NCBI GenBank assembly: GCA_947588635.1
Contig: CANPYN010000003.1
Coordinates: forward strand, 1 to 55,752
Direction of reading: 5' to 3'
Length of the DNA stretch: 55,752 nucleotides
From: an uncultured Clostridia bacterium
GTDB lineage: Bacteria; Bacillota; Clostridia; TANB77; CAG-508
Numbering within the stretch: position 1 is the stretch's first letter; each line of letters opens with the position of its first letter. Position numbers and translations under genes: made by a program. Of this stretch, positions 21,136 to 31,334 are shown piece by piece. The notes below the pieces were generated by a model. The model did no database searches and was not told the origin of the DNA. It worked only from the letters and a program-made list of their open reading frames with translations.

Positions 21136-21244
21136 ATTTTTTCGCCTCTATATTTTCTACAATGTCTGTTATCTGTTTTAATTCTAAAAATGTATCTATG
21201 TTTCCAGTATTTTTAAAGGTATTCCATGCAATTTGTTTTATCAT
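21077..21244 (-). CDS. yqzL: YqzL-family small protein (55 aa), not in the ORF track
   Basis: MIKQIAWNTFKNTGNIDTFLE, AAGGAG RBS, lies between era and recO as in Bacillus. Confidence 0.75.
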   Translation of the reverse strand: MIKQIAWNTFKNTGNIDTFLELKQITDIVENIEAKKYETIKNEGINNCGEDSSRF

Positions 21245-21337
21245 CTGTCTTCATCTCCTTGTTTTTCAAGTGTAAAAGAATTTTATTGTATTTGATAATT
21301 CACACCTTTAATTTTATCTTTTGTAATTTTATAGTTT

Positions 21338-22240
21338 TTATTCACTTTTAAATCTTTTTAATATGCTTTGATTATCTTGCCAATTTTCTTTAGTTTTAAC
21401 CCATAATTTTAAATTAATTTTTGTTGATAAAATTTTTTCCATATCCTGTCTAGCATACATCCCAATTCTTTTTAACATTAATCCATCTTTACCTATTACA
21501 ATACCTTTATGTGATTTTCTAAGAACAAATATTGTTGCCTCAACATCATATATATCCTGACCTTTGCTTGTCTTTCTTAAATTCATTTTTTCTACTTCTA
21601 CAAGTATACCATGTGGAACTTCTTGATCTAATAATTTTAATGCCTTTTCTCTAATTGTTTCTTCCATCAATTGTCTTGCAGTTTGATCAGTATATTCCTC
21701 TATATCATAATATGCAGGTCCTTCTGGAATGTGTTTTTCTATTTCATCTAATATTTTATCTGTATTCTCGTTTTTTATAGCAGATATTGGAATAATTGCT
21801 TCAAAATTGTATTCTTTGCTATATGTATCTATTAGTTTTAACAATTTTTCTTTTTCTATTAAATCTATTTTATTAATAATCAATATAGCCTTTTTATTAC
21901 TTTCTTTAATTTTTTCTAAAATTAGATTATCGCCTTTTCCGATTTTATTTGATGTTGCTTCAATTATAAATAATAGAACATCAACATCTGGCAATGTTCC
22001 CCATGCTGTTTCGTTCATTGTTTCACCAAGTTTTGTTTTTGGTTTGTGTATTCCTGGAGTATCAATAAAAATAATTTGTGAATTTTCTCTGTTTACAATT
22101 GCCTTAATTGCAGTTCTAGTAGTTTGACTTTTATCTGCAGTAATAGCAACTTTTTCACCAACTAAACTATTAATTAATGTTGACTTTCCTACATTTGTTC
22201 TTCCTATAATTGATACAAATCCTGATTTAAAATTACTCAT
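21338..22240 (-). CDS. era: GTPase Era
   Basis: GRTNVGKST, QTTR, DTPG, NKID motifs and KH domain. Confidence 0.97.
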   Translation of the reverse strand: MSNFKSGFVSIIGRTNVGKSTLINSLVGEKVAITADKSQTTRTAIKAIVNRENSQIIFIDTPGIHKPKTKLGETMNETAWGTLPDVDVLLFIIEATSNKIGKGDNLILEKIKESNKKAILIINKIDLIEKEKLLKLIDTYSKEYNFEAIIPISAIKNENTDKILDEIEKHIPEGPAYYDIEEYTDQTARQLMEETIREKALKLLDQEVPHGILVEVEKMNLRKTSKGQDIYDVEATIFVLRKSHKGIVIGKDGLMLKRIGMYARQDMEKILSTKINLKLWVKTKENWQDNQSILKRFKSE

Positions 22241-22249
22241 GTTTCCTCC

Positions 22250-24176
22250 TTACTGTATATTTTTTAGCCATATTTCAAATTCTGCATCACTTGGCATTCT
22301 TAAATCACCTCTTGGTGATAAATTTATAGTTCCTACTTTAGGACCATCAGGCATTGGGTTTCTCTTAAATTGCTGTGTAAAAAATCTTTTAATAAATATC
22401 TCTAACCATTTTTTTATTTCTTCTTTACTAAATTTTTTATCAAATGTTTTGCAAGCGATATAATATATCTTTTTAGGTGATGCTCCATATCTTAAGAAAT
22501 GATATAAGAAGAAATCATGTAATACATATGGACCAACTAAACTTTCTGTCATTTGTTTTATTTTACCTTCATTATCTACTGGTAATAATTCTGGAGATAT
22601 TGGTGTATCCAAAATATCATAAATTATTTTTTTACATTCTTTATTTTCGGTGCTTTCTGCAATCCATTTAATTATGTATCTAACTAATGTTTTTGGAATA
22701 CTATTATTTACACCATACATACTCATTTGGTCTCCATTGTATGTACACCATCCGAAGAGCAAGTTCCGATAAATCTCCAGTTCCAATTACAATAGCGTTT
22801 TCTTCATTAGCAATATCCATTAATATTTGAGTTCTTTCTCTTGCCTGTGCATTTTCATATGTAATGTCATGTTTGCATATATTATGCCCTATATCTTCAA
22901 AATGTTTTACGCATGCTTTAGTTATATCTATTTCTCTCAATGTTGCATTATAACTTTTTATTAAATTTTTAGCATTTTCATATGTTCTAGAACTTGTTCC
23001 AAATCCAGGCATTGTTATTGCTATTATATTGTTATTAGAAATACCTAATATTTCATAACATCTAATAGCTACTAAAAATGCAAGTGTAGAATCAAGTCCT
23101 CCAGAAATACCTATAACAACTTTTTCTATTTTTGTATGTAACAATCTCTTAGCCAAGCCATAACTTTGTATATTTAATATTTCATTACAAATCTCATTTA
23201 TTTTTTTTTTATCAGCTGGGACAAAAGGATATTCTTCATATTCCCTTACCAAGCTTTCTAAACAATCCGTAATATCTATATCAATTTTTCTATAATCTAA
23301 TACATCTATATCTCCCATATAGCTTATATTTCTTACTCTGTCGTTCATTATCCTTTTTGTATCAATATCTGTATATATTAAGTTGCTTTCAAAATTAAAT
23401 CTTTCATTTTCTGCAAGACATTTTCCATTTTCATAAATCATACTTGAACCTGAAAACACTGTATCTGTAGTAGATTCGTTTATACCACTTGAAGAATATA
23501 TATATCCAGAAATTGTCTTTGCTGATTGCATTTTAACTAAATCTTTTCTATATTCATTTTTTCCTATTACTTCATTACTTGCAGATAAGTTAAAAATTAT
23601 GGTTCCACCATTTAAGGCAATTTTATTACTTGGAGCTTCAACTGCCCATAGGTCTTCACATATCTCTATTCCAAAACATATATCTTCATTTTCTTTATCT
23701 TTAAACAATAAATCTGTACCAAAAGGAATTTTCCTGCCTAACAAATATATTTCATTTTGTTTAACATTTTTACTAGATGCAAACCATCTTTTTTCATAAA
23801 ACTCTCCATAATTAGGAATAAAAGTTTTAGGAACAATTCCTAAAATTTCTCCTTTTTGAATTACAACTGCTGTATTAAATAATTGGTTTTCAAATTTTAT
23901 TGGCATTCCTAATATACTTATAATATCTATACCTTTAGTTTCTTCAATTACTTGTTTCAATCCATTTTTTGCTTGTTCAATTAATATATCTTGATAAAAC
24001 AAATCACTGCAAGAGTATCCTGTAACAGATAATTCAGGAAAGCATACAATTTGAACATTTTTTTCTTTTGCATGTTTTATCTCATTAATTATTTCACAAA
24101 CATTAAAATCTACATCCGCAATTTTCAATTTTGGAACTACTGCTCCACACCTTACAAATCCAAAGTTTTTTAACAT
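22250..24176 (-). CDS. nadE: Glutamine-dependent NAD+ synthetase; ~641 aa after one +1 shift at CGG
   Basis: Nitrilase domain (FPELS, EICEDLW), GISGGLDS, ENAQARER; CTT-CGGA at 22751-22754 restores GTGDLSELAL-G-WCTYNGD. Confidence 0.93.
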
Positions 24177-24310
24177 ATAATATCTCCTTTATAAGTTTCC
24201 CTCTTATTTTAACACATATTTTTATTTTTGCAATATGATTTTATTTAATGAATATGAATTAGATAAATTGGTATTTGTTTGATTATTTGATTAAATTTAC
24301 TTTGAAATCC

Positions 24311-24432
24311 GTAGGGGTCGCACCCCTGGGCGACCCGCAATTGTAATTTACTTGATAATTTTTTACATGTTTTCGGGCGCTTTTTTCGATGTATTCGGGT
24401 CGCCGATGGCGGCGACCCCTACAACGTTTGCA
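24311..24432. repeat. Inverted pair of GTAG-type REP-like palindromes (REPIN-like)
   Basis: gtaggggtcgcacccctgggcgacccg (24311-24337) and inverted cgggtcgccgatggcggcgacccctac (24396-24422). Confidence 0.75.
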
Positions 24433-24557
24433 ATTAATTCATACAAATTACAACTTATTAAACAAGAACAAATCGACGTAGTCGCCCTTTGTTCTCGCCG
24501 ATTTGAGTTTGCGACTACAAGGAGCAAATCTCAAAGGCGATAGCGATTATAGCATTT

Positions 24558-24600
24558 TTGTTGTATAGAAAAATCTTTGATTTTCCTATACAACAAAAAA
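24558..24600. repeat. Hairpin repeat, possibly terminator, shared with 26797-26839
   Basis: ttgttgtatagaaaaatctttgattttcctatacaacaaaaaa occurs after both spoIVA and lexA. Confidence 0.8.
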
Positions 24601-24625
24601 ACGGGATATACCCGTCTTTTATTGT

Positions 24626-26106
24626 TTATAATATTATGCAGATTAAACCTCCACTTCCTTCGTTTATAATTCTTTCTAATGTTTCTCTAAGTTTTTCTTG
24701 TGCATCTTCTGGCATTCTATATAATTTGTTTTGAAGTCCTTCATTTACCAATTCGTGTAGATTTTTTCCAAATATATTTGATTCCCAAATTTTTATTGGA
24801 TCATTCTCAAACTCAGATAATAAATAGTTTACTAATTCCTCTGATTGTTTTTCACTACCTACTATTGGTGATACTTCTGTCTCTATATCTGCTCTAATCA
24901 TATGTATAGATGGAGCCTTTGCTTTTAATCTTACTCCGAATCTTGAACCTTGTTTCATCATTTCTGGTTCATCTAAAATTAGTTCTTCCATAGAAGGAGT
25001 AACTATTCCATAACCTTTTTGTTTTACTTCTTCTAATGCAACTGCTACTTTATCATATTCCTTTTTTACCTTTGATAGGTTTGAAATTGTTGAAAATAAA
25101 TCTGCTTCATTTTGAACTTCTACGCCTGTTATTTCTGTCAATATCTTATAGAATAAATTATTTTGGAGCTGAATATCTACTGTTACTGAACCATTGCCAA
25201 GATTAATCTCTTTAATTGTTGTTTGTTCTACAATCTCACTCTTGCTTATTCTTTCTATTCCCATATTTATATTTTTAATTGCATTTGTATCTTTAAATGC
25301 TTCCTTTATATTAGTAAATAATTCTTGTTTTAATGAATGGTCATCTGTTAGTCCATCTACCCAACCTGGAAAATTTAAGTTAATTCTTTCTACTGGAAAT
25401 TCATATAGAATTTTACCAAATATATCATTTACATCTTCCATGTTTAAATTTGTACAATCAGTAGGAAGTACTGCAACTCCATATTTATCTTCTAATGTTC
25501 TTGCAAGTTCCTTACAATAATCTGAATATGGATTATTTGTATTTAGTACAATTACAAATGGTTTGTTTAATTCTTTTAATTCTCGTACAACTCTTTCTTC
25601 CGCTTCAATATAGTCCTCTCTTGGAATTTCAGTTATACTTCCGTCTGTTGTAACTAATATTCCTATCGTTGAATGTTCTGTAATAACTTTTTTTGTTCCT
25701 ACTTCTGCTGCAATTTCAAATGGTATTTCTTCATCCGACCAAGGTGTTTTTACCATTCTTGGTACATCATTTTCCATATATCCGAAGTGCATTATTTACC
25801 AAATATCCAACACAATCTACTAAACGTGTTTTTAATTTTAAATTTTCTCCTACTGTAATTTCCACTGCTTCATTTGGTACAAATTTGGGTTCTGTTGTCA
25901 TTATTGTTCTACCTGCTGCACTTTGTGGAAGTTCATCTCTTGCTCTTTCTTTCTTATATGTATTTTGTATATTAGGTATAACTAATAAGTCCATAAAGTT
26001 TTTAATAAATGTAGACTTACCAGTTCTAACAGGTCCGAACTACTCCAACATATATATCTCCATCTGTACGATTAGCAATGTCCTCATATATTTCTAGATT
26101 CTCCAT
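24626..26106 (-). CDS. spoIVA: Stage IV sporulation protein A; 492 aa after two +1 shifts at CGG
   Basis: GTT-CGGA (26034-26037) restores YVGVV-G-PVRTGKST; CTT-CGGA (25781-25784) restores AL-G-YME; also DELPQS, TTEPKFVP and C-terminal EGSGGLICIIL. Confidence 0.95.
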
Positions 26107-26208
26107 ACTAATATTCCCTCCTAATAAAATGTTTGTACAATTAAACTTTAATAAATGTATATTAGGCTTAGGGCATTATTATTACACTTTTTTAAATTTA
26201 TTTTAAAT

Positions 26209-26249
26209 GGCACGCACCCACCTTTAATTATAAAAGGTGGATGCGTGCC
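26209..26249. terminator. GC-rich hairpin after the small ORF
   Basis: ggcacgcacccaccttt / aaaggtggatgcgtgcc. Confidence 0.6.
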
Positions 26250-26280
26250 CGAGAACTTATTAAATTATATTTCTAAAAAT

Positions 26281-26436
26281 TCATTCTTTATTTTCTTTAT
26301 CTTCCTTTGTCATATTCACTAAATCTTCTGCCTGTTCTTTTTGTTTTTCTATTGGAAGCCAATGATAATTAGAACAAACAAACTCTCCATATTTAGTTGT
26401 ATCTTCTTTTTTGGGGAATTTTTTATCTTTTTGCAT
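26281..26436 (-). CDS. Small 51-aa protein (MQKDKKFPKK...YGEFVCSNYHWLP...), not in the ORF track
   Basis: GAGGTGAG RBS, open frame to TGA, followed by a hairpin. Confidence 0.55.
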   Translation of the reverse strand: MQKDKKFPKKEDTTKYGEFVCSNYHWLPIEKQKEQAEDLVNMTKEDKENKE

Positions 26437-26514
26437 ATACTCACCTCTATTTGTATTATTAGTCTATTTAAAATTAATTATACAAATTGTAATTTGTTTA
26501 ATTATTTTTCTTTT

Positions 26515-26632
26515 GCAATAGTTATAATATTTTATATTAATATTTCTAACCTCACATGCTGGCGCGGGATGTTGCCTACGAAGTCACTACCTCGGTATCC
26601 AAAATATTAATATAAAATATTATAACTATTGC
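26515..26632. repeat. Palindromic element with the same core as 10086-10258 (inverted)
   Basis: Perfect arms gcaatagttataatattttatattaatattt / aaatattaatataaaatattataactattgc. Confidence 0.75.
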
Positions 26633-26682
26633 CTAAACAAATGTCATCAAACAAACAATAATTTATCTTATAGTTTTATAAT

Positions 26683-26839
26683 GAACAGCAGTGGGCTTTT
26701 TTGGTGTCAGACTATTTAAATTTATTTTAAAGCCTACGCTCGTTGTTCATCCGCCAAAATTTTGAAAAAATTTTGTGTGGAATATTTGCGAAGCTTTGTT
26801 GTATAGAAAAATCTTTGATTTTCCTATACAACAAAAAAA
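26683..26839. repeat. Multi-hairpin dispersed repeat (copy at 55650-55752; last hairpin also at 24558-24600)
   Basis: About 100 bp nearly identical to the window end. Confidence 0.85.
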
Positions 26840-26887
26840 TTGTATCTATTAATTAAGATACAATTTTTAATATGTTTTATTTTTATT

Positions 26888-27551
26888 TTATAGTTTTCTA
26901 AATACTCCGGCCCACTACTCCAAGTATTTTACAATCTGGTACTATTATTGGATCCATCATACTATTTTCTGGTTGTAATCTTATATGGTCGGTCTCTTTA
27001 TAAAATGTTTTAACTGTTGCTTCATCTTCTATTAATGCTACCACTATTTGTCCATTTGTTGCTGTATTTTGTCTTTTTACTAATATGTAATCTCCATCTA
27101 AAATTCCTGCTTCTATCATACTTTCACCACGTACTGTAAGCATAAAGCTTTCACTGTTTCCTACAAAATCTATTGGAATAGGAAATGTATCTGTAACATT
27201 TTCTACTGCAAGTATTGGTGCTCCTGCTGTAATTTTGCCTATTACAGGTACATCTATCAATTCCTTACCATTATATACTGGTTTAGAAGTTGATGCTTCA
27301 TTATCGGCAAGACCACCCTTTAGTAATTTTAAAGTTCTTCCTTTTTGATTTTCTTTTTTAATATATCCTTTTTTTGAAAGTTTTGCTAAATAGCCATGTA
27401 CCGTTGCTGTTGAACTTAATCCTACTGCTTTTCCAATTTCTCTTACTGATGGTGGATATCCTTTGTCTTTTATTTGTTTTTCTATAAATTTAAGTATTGC
27501 TCTTTCTCTCTTGTTCAAATCAATCATATCATCATTTTTCAATATAATCAC
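26888..27551 (-). CDS. lexA: SOS repressor LexA; C-terminus restored by a +1 shift at CGG
   Basis: [14 protein letters not shown] cleavage site, GESM and TVK catalytic motifs; GGC-CGGA (26906-26909) gives ILGVVG-G-VFRKL-stop instead of VVGRSI-stop. Confidence 0.93.
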
Positions 27552-27573
27552 TCCCGAAAATATATTTTTCTAT

Positions 27574-27612
27574 ATATTATCATACAAACAAACGGATGTC
27601 AAACAAAAGTTT
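27574..27612 (-). promoter_or_regulatory. sigmaA promoter of lexA with a possible SOS box next to the -35
   Basis: TTGACA-17-TAATAT; AAAC-N4-GTTT at 27601-27612 resembles the Firmicute GAAC-N4-GTTC box. Confidence 0.5.
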
Positions 27613-27629
27613 TGTTTTTTTAAATTTTT

Positions 27630-28968
<1,339 letters not shown>

Positions 28969-29099
28969 TTATATATTATTTTTATTAATATTACAACATA
29001 ATATTTATTTTTTAATTGTAAAATATTTACATTTTGTCTTTTAGTGTGATATAATCTATTTGCCTTTCTCCAAAAGGTAGAAAGGAGGCGAATTACATA

Positions 29100-29171
29100 A
29101 TGATAAACCTACTAAAGATGCTAGCTTTAATTATTGTTTATCTGGTAATAAATAATAACGACAAAAGCTAG
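29100..29171 (+). CDS. 23-aa hydrophobic peptide, candidate type I toxin (MINLLKMLALIIVYLVINNNDKS)
   Basis: AGAAAGGAGG RBS that can pair with CCTTTCT (29063-29069), extended -10 promoter upstream, terminator at 29178-29210. Confidence 0.55.
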   Translation: MINLLKMLALIIVYLVINNNDKS

Positions 29172-29250
29172 CAAGCGAAAAGACTAGGAACAGCACTCCT
29201 AGTCTTTTTTATTGGCATATACATAATGAAAACCTACCGCAATATTGCTA
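29165..29250 (-). ncRNA. Candidate antisense antitoxin RNA
   Basis: Convergent TTGACA-17-TATACT promoter (29284-29256) pointing into the shared bidirectional terminator; ends are approximate. Confidence 0.4.
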
Positions 29251-29291
29251 TTATTAGTATATATTATCTATTCCAATTTGTCAATATTTTT

Positions 29292-30281
29292 CTATAAAAT
29301 TCCAATTTTTTGTTTTACATCTTCTAATGTTTTAGATGCTATTTTTCTTGCATTCTCTGCACCTTTTGTATATATTTCTTCTAAGTATTCTTTATTGTTT
29401 AGTATCTCTTTATATTTTTCTTGAATTGGCTTTAATTTATCGATAACCGAATTTGCAACTGTCATTTTAAAATCTCCATATCCTTTACCATCGAATTCAC
29501 TTTCAATTTCATCCATTTTCTTGCCAGTAATTGCTGAATATATTTGCATCAAATTGCTTACACCTGGTTTACTTTCTGGGTCAAATTTTACTTTGTTTTC
29601 TGAATCTGTTACCGCCTTTTTTAACTTTTTAAGTATTACTTCTGGCTCGTCTTCTAAAAAAATTACATCATTTAAATTTGTAGCACTTTTACTCATTTTA
29701 CTTTCAGGGTCTTGGAGTCCCATAATTCTTGCACTTTCTTTTCTAACATAGGCATTTGGAATAACAAAAGTTTTACCATAAAGTTTATTAAATCTTTCTG
29801 CAATATCTCTTGTTAACTCCAAATGCTGTCTTTGGTCCTCTCCAACAGGAACTAAATCTGCTTGATATAGCAAAATATCTGCTGCCATTAATGCTGGATA
29901 TGTGAATAATCCTGCATTTATATTATCTGCATGTTTTGCTGCTTTATCCTTAAATTGTGTCATCCTTGATAGTTCTCCCATATATGTATAACAATCTAAT
30001 ATCCATCCAAGCTCTGCATGTTCTTTTACTTGTGATTGTATAAATATTGTATTTTTATTTGGGTCAAGACCTGCTGCAATATATATTGCTAATATTTTTA
30101 ATGTATTATTTTTTAATTCCTCTGGGTTATTTCTAACTGTAAGAGAATGTAAATTTGCTATCATATAATAACAATCATATTCTTCTTGCATTTTTACCCA
30201 ATTATCTATTGCTCCTAAATAATTTCCAAGCGTTAATTTACCTGTTGCTTGTATTCCGCTTAATATTATCTTTTTACCCAT
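29292..30281 (-). CDS. trpS: Tryptophanyl-tRNA synthetase
   Basis: TLGNYLG (HIGH), VPVGEDQ and KMSKS motifs. Confidence 0.97.
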   Translation of the reverse strand: MGKKIILSGIQATGKLTLGNYLGAIDNWVKMQEEYDCYYMIANLHSLTVRNNPEELKNNTLKILAIYIAAGLDPNKNTIFIQSQVKEHAELGWILDCYTYMGELSRMTQFKDKAAKHADNINAGLFTYPALMAADILLYQADLVPVGEDQRQHLELTRDIAERFNKLYGKTFVIPNAYVRKESARIMGLQDPESKMSKSATNLNDVIFLEDEPEVILKKLKKAVTDSENKVKFDPESKPGVSNLMQIYSAITGKKMDEIESEFDGKGYGDFKMTVANSVIDKLKPIQEKYKEILNNKEYLEEIYTKGAENARKIASKTLEDVKQKIGIL

Positions 30282-30386
30282 AATATTCCCCTTCCTGATT
30301 TGTACCTCATCTTGAATTTCTATATATTATACATTAATTTAATTATTATTACAATAAAAACTCTCCAATATTTTGGAGAGCTTTTT

Positions 30387-30650
30387 TTATTTGCTTTCTA
30401 CTGGGTAAACACTAACTTGTTTTTTGTCTTTTCCCTTTTTTTCAAATTTAACTGTTCCATCTACTACTGCATATAAAGTATCATCACTACCCTTATTTAC
30501 ATTAACTCCTGGATGCATTTTTGTACCTCTTTGTCTTACTAATATATTTCCTGCTAAAACGAATTGTCCGTCAGCCCTTTTTATACCTAAACGTTTAGAC
30601 TCACTATCTCTTCCGTTCTTAACACTACCTTGCCCTTTTTTATGTGCCAT
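30387..30650 (-). CDS. rpmA: 50S ribosomal protein L27
   Basis: [16 protein letters not shown]. Confidence 0.97.
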   Translation of the reverse strand: MAHKKGQGSVKNGRDSESKRLGIKRADGQFVLAGNILVRQRGTKMHPGVNVNKGSDDTLYAVVDGTVKFEKKGKDKKQVSVYPVESK

Positions 30651-30705
30651 TTATATTTCACTCCCTTCGAATTTGCTATTATCTATAATTCCTTTTACTT
30701 AATTT

Positions 30706-31179
30706 TTATTTTTTTTCAACTTTTTCTTCTGCTTTTGCTGTTTCTTTCTTTGCAGTTGTTGCTTTAGTTGTAGTTGCTGCTTTTTTTGTTGTTGTTTCCT
30801 TTTTTGCTGTTGTGGTCTTTTTAGCTACTGGTTTTGATTCTTCTTTTTCAGTTGTAGTTTTTGTTGTAGCTGTTTTAATTGATGTTATTTCAACCTTTGT
30901 ATATGGTTGTCTGTGTCCTTGTTTTTTTCTCTCATTTTTTTTAGCTTTCATCTTGAAAACGATAATTTTTTTACCTTTTCCATGTGCTACTACTTTTCCT
31001 TCTACTTTAACACCTTTTACATAAGGGTTACCAACTTGTACTTTTCCATCATCAGATACTAACATTACTTTATCAAAAGTAACTTTTTTACCTTCTTCTG
31101 TATCTAATTTTTCGAAAAATACTACATCTTTTTCTTCTACTTTGTATTGCTTTCCACAAGCTTCAATTACTGCGTACAT
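30706..31179 (-). CDS. rplU: 50S ribosomal protein L21 with a K/T/A-rich C-terminal extension
   Basis: [14 protein letters not shown]...GHRQPYT. Confidence 0.97.
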   Translation of the reverse strand: MYAVIEACGKQYKVEEKDVVFFEKLDTEEGKKVTFDKVMLVSDDGKVQVGNPYVKGVKVEGKVVAHGKGKKIIVFKMKAKKNERKKQGHRQPYTKVEITSIKTATTKTTTEKEESKPVAKKTTTAKKETTTKKAATTTKATTAKKETAKAEEKVEKK

Positions 31180-31199
31180 CTTTTATACGACCTCCATTA

Positions 31200-31272
31200 T
31201 TCTAATACTCGCTAAGATTAAACTTAGGTAGCTACTTTTGTAGCTTTTTTTACCTAACTTATGCGGCTTACA
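31200..31272 (-). promoter_or_regulatory. L21 leader-like structured RNA
   Basis: GCCGCA...TAGGTA/TACCTA stem...GCGAGT directly upstream of rplU, below a TTGACA-17-TAAAAT promoter (31308-31280). Confidence 0.6.
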
Positions 31273-31334
31273 GATGAATATTTTACCATACTTTACATTG
31301 TTTGTCAAACACTTTTTTAGAAATATGTCTAAAT

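Noticed and set aside
24476-24545. Riboswitch controlling nadE
   Set aside because: A promoter-like TTGCAA-17-TAAAAT lies only about 30-60 bp upstream of nadE, so this structure is unlikely to be in its leader; I recognise no known aptamer.
30282-30386. T-box leader upstream of trpS
   Set aside because: Only about 100 bp are available and no T-box consensus is visible.
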